A stretch of 63,098 nucleotides of DNA, taken from Thecamonas trahens ATCC 50062. Its lineage: Eukaryota > Protista > Apusomonadida. Positions 12,586 through 23,580 of the stretch are shown piece after piece. The notes under the pieces were generated by a model. The model worked only from the letters and a program-made list of their open reading frames with translations, ran no database searches and had not been told where the DNA came from. A program made the position numbers and the translations under genes. Within the stretch, counting starts at the first letter, position 1; every line of letters begins with the position of its first letter. The stretch spans positions 1 through 63,098 of the forward strand of contig NW_013657619.1 of the NCBI RefSeq assembly GCF_000142905.1, in the 5' to 3' direction.

Positions 12586-14118
12586 TCATGACACATCAGC
12601 CTCTGGCCACGGAGGCGTGGCGATCCATGAGAACAGGACCATCAGGAGCTCATTGGGAAGGTGCGGAAGAAAAGTGGTAGACGCCGCGGCATAGGCGTTG
12701 TCGCGCCGCGCCCGCGCTATGATCAGCACCTGCTCGATAGCCGCACGGACTCGAGAAGGGAACCACTTGTGGAGCTCATAGCTCCATTCCGTTGTCAGCG
12801 CCGCAATGCCCGCCCACCACTCCATCCACCGCAGCGAGAGTGAGTCGCCCCGGATGCGCGACGCGACGATGCTAGTGCACGTCTCAAAGTCGATGCTATT
12901 GCCGTGCATCGCATTGTGCGCGGCGAAAAGCCGGAGCGCCGTCACCCGGTTCAGCGCACCGGCGGCGACAACGTCCCGAGCTGAGAGAGTACCCACATGG
13001 GCGAGTACAAGCTTCACCACCTCGGCATCGGTCTCCTCGACGGCAAGTCGGAGCCCGTGCTGCGGGCTAAAGTTGGGTCCTCTTGCCGCCGCCACTGCCA
13101 GCACCGTCTCAAGCGACCCGCCCCACACCGCCACATCCGCTAGCGACATGCCAAACGCCTGCTGTGGGACCTCGATGTCAGGCTGCGCGAGAAGCCATGA
13201 CACAACATCGACGTGCCCACGCTCTGTCGCCACACATAGCGGCGTGAAGCCACGCGAGTCGAGCGCGTTGAGCTCGCAACGTGCCTCCTCGACAAGCCAC
13301 CGGACTACATCCATGTGGCCCTCGATGCATGCAATGTGCAGCGCAGTCGAGCCGTCCCTCGCCTTGGCGCGGCACTCGTGCTCGTCCCACAGCCACTTGA
13401 CCATCTCCAGATGGCCCTCCTGGGCCGCTGCCAGCGCCGAGGTGTACCCACCGCGCGCCGCGCCGTGCACGTTGGCGCCATATCCCAAAAGTAGCTCGGC
13501 CACATCACGATGGTTGCAAAAACACGCCGCAATGAGCGGCGGCGCGAGCCGGGACGATCCGACCTCCACATCGGCACCGGCCTCTACCAGCATCTGCACT
13601 ATCTCGGCGTTGCCGCTTCGCGCCGCCATATACAGCGCCGACGCCTGCCACTTGATTGCCACAGAGAGCGTCTGCATCGACGCCACCTTGGGATCCAGAA
13701 ACCCAAGATACTCGGTCGACCACGTCAGGTACACCATCCTGTCGACATCGATGCCCGGCGTCGCCAAGAGCTCTTCCACTAGGTCCACCTCGCCGGCATC
13801 CGCCGCCCGCACCAGTCGCTCCTCCATCGTCAGTACAATCCCGGCGGGATCCACCCCGACCGTGTGTGGCGGCAGCGACTCGCGTATCTCGGCAAACGTG
13901 TGACGATCAGCCTTGTCTGCAGAAGACATGGCGCTGGCTTCCACCGCCTCGGCCTCCTCCCACATGTGCCGCGGCAATGGCGCCATAGGCAGCGCTCGCC
14001 ACACCTTCTCTGGCACCACCTCGGCGCCCGCAGCATCCGTCATGCCTGCCACGTCCTTGCTGCTGTCTTCACTCATGACGAGGCGAGTGAGCACCTCCAC
14101 AGCACCGCCCAGGTACAT
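12586..14118 (-). CDS. Ankyrin-repeat protein with C-terminal F-box/SOCS-like helix
   Basis: Several ANK repeats (SALYMAARSGNAEIVQMLVEAGAD, TALHIACIEGHMDVVRWL, GFTPLCVATERGHVDVVSWLL). C-terminus W..ELHKWFP..VR and LPHLPNELLMVLF. Start codon uncertain. Confidence 0.85.
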   Translation of the reverse strand: MYLGGAVEVLTRLVMSEDSSKDVAGMTDAAGAEVVPEKVWRALPMAPLPRHMWEEAEAVEASAMSSADKADRHTFAEIRESLPPHTVGVDPAGIVLTMEERLVRAADAGEVDLVEELLATPGIDVDRMVYLTWSTEYLGFLDPKVASMQTLSVAIKWQASALYMAARSGNAEIVQMLVEAGADVEVGSSRLAPPLIAACFCNHRDVAELLLGYGANVHGAARGGYTSALAAAQEGHLEMVKWLWDEHECRAKARDGSTALHIACIEGHMDVVRWLVEEARCELNALDSRGFTPLCVATERGHVDVVSWLLAQPDIEVPQQAFGMSLADVAVWGGSLETVLAVAAARGPNFSPQHGLRLAVEETDAEVVKLVLAHVGTLSARDVVAAGALNRVTALRLFAAHNAMHGNSIDFETCTSIVASRIRGDSLSLRWMEWWAGIAALTTEWSYELHKWFPSRVRAAIEQVLIIARARRDNAYAAASTTFLPHLPNELLMVLFSWIATPPWPEADVS

Positions 14119-14314
14119 CTGCTCCGGGCCTTGTCGTCGTGTCTACTGTGAGGTAGGCTCACCACCCAAATATTTTCTCCTCACCCCCACCCCCACCCGC
14201 CACCCTCCAACCCCCCACACACAACCCTACGATCCCTCCACCCTCTCTCCCTCCCCCCTCTTTCCCTCTTCCACACCCTCCCCACCACCCAACTCGAGTC
14301 GACTCGACATCAAC

Positions 14315-15451
14315 ATGGCGGCTTCTATGCTCAGCGCAGGTGTGACCGACGTAGCGTCTGCCGCAGGCTCGCTCCTTGCTGCGGCGTCGTCAGCGTGGTC
14401 GTCGTCACGGACGGCGGCAGTGGCCAAGGTCCTCTCGGCGAGTCTGGTGGGTCTCGGCGCAACGAACCTGCTGTCGTACATCATTCCGCAGGTCTATGTC
14501 CAGAACATCGCCGGCGTGCAGCAGCTCGGTCGCAAGTACAAGACAAAGTGGGCGGTCGTAACCGGATCGTCGTCGGGCCTTGGCGAAGCCATCGCCGAGA
14601 AGCTCCTCTCCCAGGGCACCAACGTCGTCCTGGTTGCCCTCGCCAACGCCGTCCTCGACAAGACCCATGACCGGCTGAGCCGCGCATACCCACGATGCGA
14701 GGTCCGCAAGGTTGGCGTCGACATGTCCAAGTCGGATGCCTGCCTTGCTGCTGTCGCTGCTGCCACCGCTGACATCGACGTCGGCCTTCTGTTCAACAAC
14801 GCGGGCTACGTCTACCTAGAGTCGTTTGAGCACGCCGTCATGGCCAAGCAGATCGCCAACATCGAGGTCCTTGTCCTCTCCTCGGTCAAGCTCACCGACC
14901 ACTTTTACAAGCGCATGATCGCCGCCGGCCGACCGGGCGCCATCGTCTTTACCTCGTCGCAGGCCTCGTTCTTCCCCTCGCCGCTCTCCACCGTCTACTC
15001 GGGCTCCAAAGCCTTCATCGCCTCGTACGCCCAGGCGCTCGCCGTCGAGGCCCAGCCCCACGACATCGACGTCATGTCGCTGCAGCCTGGCTACATGCGC
15101 TCCAACTTTATCGACGACCTGCCCGACCTCAAGCTCTGGAACTACCTCAACATGATCGGTCAGTACCCCGAGGAGGTGGCGGACAACGTGTTCCGTGCCG
15201 TCGGCCGCGTCACTCTCCTCGACTCGGGCGCCTTCTCATGGGGCTCGCGCCTCGTCACAAAGGTCCTCGACCTCAACCCGCTTGTCTCGGCCATCACCTA
15301 CTTTTCCAACATGGACTCAGAGTACCAGTCGTTCCACGGCGCGCCCAAGTCGTCGGCCTCGCGGACTTCAACCGTCAAGCCCAAGCCGGCCTCCGCCGCT
15401 GCGCTCTCCGCCGCCGGTCTCCCGACCCCTGTCCTCCGCTCCAAGCTCTAG
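14315..15451 (+). CDS. Short-chain dehydrogenase/reductase, very-long-chain 3-oxoacyl-CoA reductase (KAR/HSD17B12)-like
   Basis: WAVVTGSSSGLG, LFNNAG, catalytic S...YSGSK, N-terminal hydrophobic anchor. Confidence 0.85.
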   Translation: MAASMLSAGVTDVASAAGSLLAAASSAWSSSRTAAVAKVLSASLVGLGATNLLSYIIPQVYVQNIAGVQQLGRKYKTKWAVVTGSSSGLGEAIAEKLLSQGTNVVLVALANAVLDKTHDRLSRAYPRCEVRKVGVDMSKSDACLAAVAAATADIDVGLLFNNAGYVYLESFEHAVMAKQIANIEVLVLSSVKLTDHFYKRMIAAGRPGAIVFTSSQASFFPSPLSTVYSGSKAFIASYAQALAVEAQPHDIDVMSLQPGYMRSNFIDDLPDLKLWNYLNMIGQYPEEVADNVFRAVGRVTLLDSGAFSWGSRLVTKVLDLNPLVSAITYFSNMDSEYQSFHGAPKSSASRTSTVKPKPASAAALSAAGLPTPVLRSKL

Positions 15452-15485
15452 CCGCCAGCCAACTGCCAGCCCCACTCTGCCAGCC

Positions 15486-16310
15486 TCACGACACCACGCA
15501 ACCGCCCTTGTCGCCATCGCCCTTGCCCTTGCCCTTCCCCTTGCCCTTCCTCTTGTACTTGCCCTTGCCTGCGGCCTTTCCCGGGCGCCCGCCCCGCTCC
15601 CAGCATCTCTGCCACCGGCGCTCTCGCTGGCATCGTTCCGCGACTCGCGATAGGTGACAACGTGGGCGGTGACAACCGGCGCCTGGACTCCAACCTGGGC
15701 CTGGGTCAGCTGGATGCCAGCCATGTCGGCGGCGATACGGTAAAAGGTCGAGTTGATGCGGTCGCCGGTCTTGGCCGAGACAAAGAACGAGTACATGTTG
15801 TTGTCCTGCGCAAACGCCTTGTGCTTCGCCAGCTTGGTCGCCCGCATGTGCGACAAGTCCGACTTGTTGCCCACCAGCGCCATGTACGGCATCGGCCCGC
15901 GGCCGGCAAACGACGCCTTGGCCACGCCCAGCCAGTCCTCCAGATTAAGAAACGAGTCGACCGATGTGATATCATACACAAACAGAATTGCATTGGCACC
16001 ATAGATGTAGTTCGGCAGCATGTTGCCGCCCATGTTCTGCCCGCCAATGTCCCACAGCGAGAGACTCGCCTCGGTTGCGTCCGGCAGCTCCAGCTGCTTG
16101 GAGAACCAATCCAGCCCAATCGTCTGCTTGTACGACTTTGCAAACGTATCATGACCAAACCGATGCGCAATCGATGTCTTCCTATCCTCCACCATACCCA
16201 CGCCCACGCCCACGCCCACACCCATGCCCACGTCCGCACCATTCAATCGCCCGCCCCACCCTGATGAGTCAGCCCCGCCTCACCCGCCCTTCCGGCCACC
16301 ACATCCGCCT

Positions 16311-16355
<45 letters not shown>

Positions 16356-16450
16356 TACCCCACAGACCCATCCCCGAGCAGAATGACCTTAAAGTGCATC
16401 TGCTCCAGGTCCGACGACGACGACGAGGCAGACATGGCTCCGTCAGACAT
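15486..16450 (-). CDS. RAB28: Ras-related protein Rab28; join(16450..16359,16181..15486) with frameshift near 15580
   Basis: Spliced GDGSVG|KTS (intron 16358-16182 GTATGT...TAG), YKQTIGLD, WDIGGQ, YIYGA, LEDW, VGNKSDL.HMR, VSAKTGD. The -1 frame gives a polybasic tail and a CaaX end (GGCVVS*) at TGA 15488-15486. Confidence 0.92.
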
Positions 16451-16587
16451 GCCTTACGCGCGTGAGTGACGTGTGTCTCCCCACCCGCGCCTCGCTCTCC
16501 GCGCCAGTTCTCGCCAAGACCGTTGCTGATCGCTGCATGGCGTGGCTACCGCGACACGAGTCCACCCAGGCGCGCTTTTACTCATCA

Positions 16588-17430
16588 TCAGCTCGCTCGA
16601 CGGCCTGCTGATGGCACAAGGGTGCGGAAGACGTTGGCAAACATGTAGCTGGCAAAGCCGATGTAGAGCCAGCGGAACCAGACCATTTGTGAGGCGTGGA
16701 TCCGCATGGCCGAGAGGGCGCGGAGCCACGAGCGCGGGCCGGAGACGACACAGATCTTGCTCGCATCGAGCGCGTCCAAGTAGAGCAGCGGCAGCAGTGC
16801 CAGCCAGCCCAGATACTTGCGGCTCCATGAGACCGAGTCGAGGGCGAGTAGCGCCACAACACCACGGGGTGGTGCTTCCGCCATCGACGCCACAGCCCGC
16901 GCCACCGCGCGATGATTGACGTGGCCCGAGACGCCGTAGTCATCAAACGAGGCGACGACTACCTCTACGCCGTCATCGCCACCCGCAGCACGGACCGCAG
17001 CTTCAACATGTGGCACCACATCATCCACACGCCACTCCTCGTTTGGGCCGTCTGGCAGCGGACCCACATCGACCCGAGCCAGACCCAGCTCGCTCCCGAC
17101 CCGCTCCAGCTCCTTACTCCGCACCTTGCCGAGACCATCGTACCCGCCATCCGAGAGGCAACAGACCGACTTGGGACCGGGCCAGTGTAGCAAAAGTGGA
17201 GCAAAGAACATGACCTCGTCATCCGGATGCGCAGTTACCACCACAAGTGCCACATCGTCCCCGTCTGCCCTGCATCGCCCGCCATCGTTGCCGAGCACAG
17301 CCGTCGTCAGGGGCGTCCGACGGGCGCGCCGAAGCGCGGTGACCACACCGGCGACAAAGAGTACCACGTTGCAGCCCGCGAGCACAGCCTTGAGTGTCCA
17401 GAGCTCGTCGTCGAGTAGAGAAGAGAGCAT
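16588..17430 (-). CDS. PIGL: N-acetylglucosaminyl-phosphatidylinositol de-N-acetylase (GPI biosynthesis)
   Basis: N-terminal TM, TAHPDDEVMFFAP, GKVRSKEL, SFDDYGVSGHVNH, AMRIHASQMVWFRWLY. Confidence 0.95.
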   Translation of the reverse strand: MLSSLLDDELWTLKAVLAGCNVVLFVAGVVTALRRARRTPLTTAVLGNDGGRCRADGDDVALVVVTAHPDDEVMFFAPLLLHWPGPKSVCCLSDGGYDGLGKVRSKELERVGSELGLARVDVGPLPDGPNEEWRVDDVVPHVEAAVRAAGGDDGVEVVVASFDDYGVSGHVNHRAVARAVASMAEAPPRGVVALLALDSVSWSRKYLGWLALLPLLYLDALDASKICVVSGPRSWLRALSAMRIHASQMVWFRWLYIGFASYMFANVFRTLVPSAGRRAS

Positions 17431-17548
17431 GGCGAGGGTGAGGGAGTGGAGTAGCGAAGCCGAGACCGAGGCGACGCCGGACGACCGGCACGCGGCCACG
17501 CTGCTCTTGCTGGTGTACTTTACTGGCGCTCGTCGCGGCATCGACCTG

Positions 17549-19267
17549 TCAACCATCCTTGCTGGTCTCCTGGTTGGAAGCATGGACAATCGGCGGTGAC
17601 GCGGGCTTGGCATTGGTTGCTTGCCGGTCGGCTTGGCCTTCCGGCTTGGCCTTGGCCTTTGGCTTGATCTTTGGCTTGGCATTGGCCTTGGCCTTGGCCT
17701 TTGGCTTGATCTTTGGCTTGATCTTTGGCTTGATCTTTGGCTTGGCCTTGGCCTTGGCCTGGGCCTTTGGCTTGATCTTTGGCTTGGCCTTGGCCTTGGC
17801 CTTGGCCTTGGTCTTGGTATTGGTCTTCGTCGACGCACCAGGTTTCGCCTCGCCGACTGCCTTTGTCACAAAGCCCTCGCTGGCCATGGCAGCCTTGGCG
17901 GCCGCGACCTTGCGGCGGTGGGACTTGATGCTTACAATCTGGTCCGCCCGAGCCACCACATCGTGCTCGTCGAGGTGAGCGAGGACGGCGGAAAGTACGG
18001 CGGGTGACGCAAAGTTGAGCCGCTGTCTGATGTCGAGGCCTGTGGCGACGGCAAACGCCTGTGCACCCTCAACGATGGCGCCGGCGAGCGCGCCAGGCAC
18101 GCCGCAAATCGCCGCACCCACGGGTGCTGCCGCTGCGCGGGTGATGGTGGCCACAAGCAGCTGCACCTCGCTGGCTGCCATGCCTGCCGCGGTAACAATG
18201 CTCGCTACCGCAGTACTGCCGCTCTGGAGGAGGATCTGCTCGCCAGAGACGCTCTCGATGGCGGAGGCGAGGACGTTCTGTCGGAGACTGGAGCTCGAGT
18301 CGCCGCCATCGAGACAGGCGGGGAGCTCGGCGAGTGAGCTGCCGGCAGCCTCGGCGTGCACTGCATGTGCAAGGACGCCGAGCAGGCGCGAGTCGATGAG
18401 CAGCGAGCCAAGCTTGTCTTGGCACTTTGGCGCGGCAGCGTCGTGCGGTGAAGTGATGAGGATCTCGCCGTGCCACAACGTCGCCGCATGCTGCAGCACC
18501 TCGAGGTGATTCATGGCGCGCTTGGTGCTCATTGCCGCGAGCCCCCAGTGCGCCTGTGCAACTGCTGGTGTCTGCATGGCCGTAAAGAAGCAACCGGTGG
18601 CCCAGTACCACGGAACGGCGGCGCAGACGACCGCGGCAAAGGCACGAAGCGCGACGCCGGCAGACCGGTCCATCTGCGGGACCAGCGCCACCACCGGAAG
18701 AAGAGACACATTTCCGACTGCTTTCTTCAGCGCCGCCACGACCGTGGCTTGGTTGCCAGCTTGGGTCTGATGCCGGATGACGTTGTACACAGCCTTGTTG
18801 ATCTCGCCAAAGGCCGTCTCGACCGCAGCCCGTTGACTTGCCTGCCACGCAAAGCCACGGAAGAAGATGTCTCGGAGTGAGGAGCTGAAGCTGCGGGTAA
18901 TGAGCAGAAAGTGTGCCCAGAACATGTCGACCGGCATGGCGTCAAAGATCTCCGCCGTGCCAAACTTGTCGCCGAGCGCCTCCAGCGGCCGCAGCACCGC
19001 CGACAATCCGGCCACCACCTGATGCTCGTGGTAGCCATTGACTGCGGTCACCACCTTGCTCTCTACCGACGCTAGGAGGCTCGCCACCACCTCCTTGTCC
19101 ACCGGCATCGTTTGCCCCGCCGATAATCGAGGCGATGCCGATGACGACGGCGCAGTCGATGGCGGAGCCGGCGCTGCACCGGTTGGTGACCACTCTGGCA
19201 CAGATGCCAGATCGCGGCGAGCGATCTCCATCCACGTGCTCATCGCCAACAAACTGTGTCCGCCCAT
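17549..19267 (-). CDS. Hypothetical protein with Lys/Ala/Pro-rich (KAKAKPKIKP) C-terminal tail
   Basis: 572-aa ORF with globular-like composition and a histone-H1-like basic repeat tail. No family recognised. Confidence 0.6.
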   Translation of the reverse strand: MGGHSLLAMSTWMEIARRDLASVPEWSPTGAAPAPPSTAPSSSASPRLSAGQTMPVDKEVVASLLASVESKVVTAVNGYHEHQVVAGLSAVLRPLEALGDKFGTAEIFDAMPVDMFWAHFLLITRSFSSSLRDIFFRGFAWQASQRAAVETAFGEINKAVYNVIRHQTQAGNQATVVAALKKAVGNVSLLPVVALVPQMDRSAGVALRAFAAVVCAAVPWYWATGCFFTAMQTPAVAQAHWGLAAMSTKRAMNHLEVLQHAATLWHGEILITSPHDAAAPKCQDKLGSLLIDSRLLGVLAHAVHAEAAGSSLAELPACLDGGDSSSSLRQNVLASAIESVSGEQILLQSGSTAVASIVTAAGMAASEVQLLVATITRAAAAPVGAAICGVPGALAGAIVEGAQAFAVATGLDIRQRLNFASPAVLSAVLAHLDEHDVVARADQIVSIKSHRRKVAAAKAAMASEGFVTKAVGEAKPGASTKTNTKTKAKAKAKAKPKIKPKAQAKAKAKPKIKPKIKPKIKPKAKAKANAKPKIKPKAKAKPEGQADRQATNAKPASPPIVHASNQETSKDG

Positions 19268-19789
19268 GGGTCAGCAGCCGACGACGACGCGTGTGAGAGC
19301 TGTATTGTGAGGTCACTGCTCAGCTCACCCGCGGCGACGAGGGTGACGAGGGCGACAAGGCCGACGAGGGCGACAAAGGCAGCAGCGGCGAGACGGGTGC
19401 CGTGACACTCTCAAAGATCCAGCTTGCGCAGCCTTGACGTCGCCGTCGGGCACAACCTGGTAGACGCCAATGGGCTGGCGGGGAGAGCCGTACCCTCTTC
19501 CCGCTCTGGGCAATTGGTCGAGAGACGACCGCCGGACAGAGGCCAAGCCAATGCGAGCGGCGGCAGACTGGTGGCCGGCCGACGACAGGGCGACAGCCTC
19601 TGCTTGGGCGGCGAATTCACCCTTGGCGACATGTACGGACGCTACATACTGTGACTACGAATAGATCTTACTGTGCTACATGTCGCTCCCAAGTTGGCGC
19701 TCCGCAAGGGCGACAGCATCGAGACAACCAAGGAGCCAAGCGCGGCATGGCTGGCCAAAGCACAGAACGGCGCAGCTTTACATCTGATC

Positions 19790-20698
19790 TCAACGACGAC
19801 GCGACGACTTGCCCTTGCGTGAGCCCTTACGCGAGCCCTTGCCCTTGCCCTTGCCCTTGCCCTTGCCCTTGCCCTTGTCCTTGCCCTTTCCATCGGTCTT
19901 GCCGCTTCCGGTGTTCCAGGCATCCTTGATGCGCGAGGCTGCCGTCGACTTGCCCTCAGGCTTGGCATCGGCCATGAGGTTGGCGCGACGGATGTTGTCG
20001 ACCTCGTGGGCAACCTGGACGGTGGAGCACGGGGCGAGGAGGCAGCCGGTGCAGATGTCAGTACAGCAGTTGCCGTCGATGCGCTGCTGCTCGCGGACAA
20101 TGTTGCGGACAAGTGCTGGGGTGGTGCAGAGGACGTTGAAGCACCAGTCGGACGAGTCGTACGATGCCCGGACCTGGGCCGAGAAGCACGGCATGCAGAC
20201 GCAGGCGCGGCAGAACGGGCCGAGGCCATCGTGGCACACATCGCAGGAGCGGATGGCCCACGCGCCGCCATGCCGGCGGCCACTGACGTTCATCCGCGAC
20301 CGCTTGGCGTTCCGCCGCGACGCCTTGGTATGCTTGGGCTTGACCTCGCCGCGGACCGAGGTCTCGAACAGCATCTGGCGTGCCATGCACGGGAGGCAGA
20401 AGCAGGCGGTGCAGATGTCGGCAGTGCAGGACGAGTCGATGCCGTAGCCCTCGCGCATGATGTTCCGCGAGGCAGCCGGTGGAGCACAGAAGAGAGTAAA
20501 GACCCAGTTGGTCCGCGAGTACGCGTTCATAGCCGATGCCACGGCGCAGCATGGGCAGAAGAGCGCGTACAGGTTGTCGCAGAACGAACCCTCGCACGAG
20601 CACAGCGCAGAGGTAAAGTCAGGCCGCTCAGAGTACGACAGCTCGTCCGAGTAGCTGCTCCCGCTACTCTTGCTGCTTCCATCATACGAAGACGACAT
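19790..20698 (-). CDS. Protein with two tandem PLAC8/cornifelin Cys-rich domains and a (GK)n tail
   Basis: FTSALCSC..ALFCPCC..RNIMREGYGIDSSC..DIC..CFCLPC..RQ, repeated as W..CDVC..CVCMPC..RNIVREQQRIDGNCC.DIC..PC..Q. Confidence 0.85.
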   Translation of the reverse strand: MSSSYDGSSKSSGSSYSDELSYSERPDFTSALCSCEGSFCDNLYALFCPCCAVASAMNAYSRTNWVFTLFCAPPAASRNIMREGYGIDSSCTADICTACFCLPCMARQMLFETSVRGEVKPKHTKASRRNAKRSRMNVSGRRHGGAWAIRSCDVCHDGLGPFCRACVCMPCFSAQVRASYDSSDWCFNVLCTTPALVRNIVREQQRIDGNCCTDICTGCLLAPCSTVQVAHEVDNIRRANLMADAKPEGKSTAASRIKDAWNTGSGKTDGKGKDKGKGKGKGKGKGKGSRKGSRKGKSSRRR

Positions 20699-21167
20699 CC
20701 TTGTTTGTTTCACCTTAGACTCAAGTATACTTTCCACCACCACCACACGCCCATCGCCGTCTCGCTGTCCCGCTGTCCCGCCGTCTTGCCGTCTCGCCGA
20801 GCATACCTGGAATGGCCGCCCGCCACCAGCCACCAGGCCACCGGCCACCGGCCACCGGCCATCAGCCACCAGCCACTAGCCACCAGCCACCGGCAACCGG
20901 CCACCGGCCATCGGCCACCGGCCACTCCACCCCCCCCCCTGNNNNNNNNNNNNNNNNNNNNNNNNNNNNNNNNNNNNNNNNNNNNNNNNNNNNNNNNNNN
21001 NNNNNNNNNNNNNNNNNNNNNNNNNNNNNNNNNNNNNNNNNCAAGAGAAATTCTTAGCTACCCGACCCCGGGACCCACGTCCGGCCCGACCCGGGACCCA
21101 CCTCCCACCCCCCCACCCCCCCCCCCCCCCCTCCCCCCCCACCCCACCCACCCACCCACTCAGCCTC

Positions 21168-23545
21168 ATGTCGGCAGCCAATGCAGCAGCAGAGGCAGAA
21201 GTGGTGATGCCTACATACTTGGCATCATCATCTATTTCGCTTGTGGGGTGCTTACTCTCCTTTGCCTCCTTTGCGGCCTTTCCCGACCTCCGAAGCCACC
21301 CGTCCAACATCATCCTCTTCAACCTCGTCGCCGACTTCTTCTTCACTCTCAAGTTCTTCATTCTCTCCACAGTATGGTATGCCACACCATCACACACCAG
21401 ATCGTCGCTCCTCGGCAAGTCCTTTCACTTTATTCCTGATGGCTGTGTCTCGGCCTCTATCTATGGCCAGTTCTTCTCTCTGGCGTCAACATCGTGGAAT
21501 GCCGTCTGGTGCTACAACCTCTACCGCGAGCTGGAGAATCCCGTCAAGTCGACAAAGCCCCTGATGAAGGTCTACCATGTCTTTGTATGGGGCATTGCGG
21601 TTGTTGCCGTCTTGGTCATTGTCATCACCGATGCCTACGCCCTCGCCTCGGATCAGACCTGCTGGGTCTCGGCCTCGTCGGCGGCTTCCTGGATCACAAA
21701 CCTCCTCATCAACGCCTACCTTGTTGGTGCCATTGCCTCGCTTGTCTACGTTGTCCGTCGCCTCCGTCGCGGCCTCTCCATCACCCGTCACAAGCGCCGC
21801 CAGCTCGCCCTCTACCACGTCATCTACGTTGTTGTTTTCATCGCTACCTGGCTCCCGTTTGTTGTCTTTGGCTGGTGGGTCCTCCTCGCGCCGTCGTCGC
21901 CTGTCCCACGTTTCCTGCTACAGATGAACGCCGCCGCCTACTGCTCGCAGGCGGCCGCGGTCTCGTTTGTCCGCCTCGCCGACCCACGCGTCCGCCGCCG
22001 GGTCCGCAACGCCATCCGCGCCCGCCTCGGTCTCCAGCTCAGCACCGAGCCGGCACTCCGTGATCTTGACGACTTTGCCCACACAGCCTCGCGCCCGCTC
22101 GCTCCCTCGCAAGCCCGCATCGAGCCCATGCCCATCGACGATGCCGGCCCGCACGATCTCGTGGCTGACCAGTCGCTCACCGTCTCGGCCCAGCACCGGT
22201 TCTTTGACGAGCAGCGCGCGTCGGGCTACTTTCCGCCGCCCATGGTCCCGGCCCCACTCATCCTCCCCGCCCGCTCGCGAACCATTTTTGACACGGTAGA
22301 GGATCTCGCCGAGGCCGACGGCGACTCGGGCTCGCCGCTCTCGCTCATGAGCTCCTCGGTCAGCGACGCAAGTACGCCAGTCCGTGCCACCCGCGGCGCA
22401 GGCGACATCTTCCGCCACGAGCTTATGGTCTGCCTCTTCTCCGGCCTTGAGCAAGCCTTTGCTGCCGAAGCCTTTCTGGCCGCCCGCGGTGAGCCGCTGC
22501 CGGCCGACGAGCTCCAGACCCCGATCTCGGTCTCAGTCTCTGCTGCCGCCGACGTTGCCTCTACCGGCACGCCTGCAACGTCGGATCATTCGCTGATCAT
22601 GACCTCGTACGCGCCGGACGCCTTTGCTGCCGTCCGCGCCCTCGCAGGTGTCGAGCCCGCCGACATCATCGCTCGCCTCAACGCCGCCGACTACCTCACC
22701 GGCGCCATTCACGCACACTTTTCCGCCGCCGCCTCTGGCTCGTTCTTCTGCAAGTCGCCCGATGGCCTGTTTGTGGTCAAGACCATGGACAAGCGCGAGC
22801 TCGCCGTCCTCCTCGATCTCATGCCGGCGTACACCGCCCACCTCACGCGTTACCCTCGCTCGCTCCTGTGCCGCTTCTACGGCGCCTTTGCCGTCTCGGG
22901 TGGCATCTTCAAGACCACGTACGTCATCATCATGTCCAACGTCCTTGCGCCCGACGCGCCCGTAGACGCCGGCGACGCGGGCGACCTCATTCCGCCGCAC
23001 TCCTTTGACACAGTCTTTGATCTCAAGGGCTCGACTGTTAATCGCTCCGCCCTCAAGGTCGAGGCCCTCGAGCCGGGCGCCTCGCTCTCGGACGCTGCCT
23101 CGGGCAAGATCCTCAAGGACAACGACTTTGGCCTCCGTAGCGACGGCCTGCTCCTCGGCCCTACGCTCCGCGCGCAGTTCCTCGACCAGCTCCATGCCGA
23201 CACCGAGCTCCTCCGCAGCCACAACATCATGGACTACTCGCTGCTTGTCGGCATCGCCCCGGTCGTGGGTGAGCCCGACATTCTCGAGTCGCGTGCAGCC
23301 GTCACTTTTGGCTACGACGAGCTGGGCGGTTACATCGTCTCGCGCAACGACGTCGAGCAAGTTATTCCCCGCGAGTGGTACGCTTTTGGCCTCATCGACC
23401 TCCTCCAAAAGTACGATGTGTCAAAAAGGTGGAGAGAGGCATCAAGCAGATCCGCCACACCTCGCGGACCGTCGACATCTCATCCATCTCGGCTGACCAG
23501 TACGCGGCACGAATGCTCGAGTTTTTCGCCGACACTACTATTTAG
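21168..23545 (+). CDS. GPCR-PIPK fusion: 7TM receptor domain fused to a phosphatidylinositol-phosphate kinase domain (frameshift near 23423)
   Basis: Seven hydrophobic segments of cAMP-receptor-like type (C..QFFSLAS.SWN, YHVFVWG, CWV, VFIATWLP). Then SGSFFCKS.D.FVVKT, LLCRFYG, MSNV, FDLKGS, KDNDF, IMDYSLLVGI, GLIDLLQKY. The -1 frame gives KKVERGIK..ISS...YAARM to TAG 23543-23545. Confidence 0.92.
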
Positions 23546-23580
23546 CGCCGCCGCGCGTTTACACGCCAAGTAACACACGC

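Noticed and set aside
19325-19632. Short minus-strand ORFs between the 19267 and 19790 genes
   Set aside because: Fragmentary, with no recognisable product and no consistent frame.
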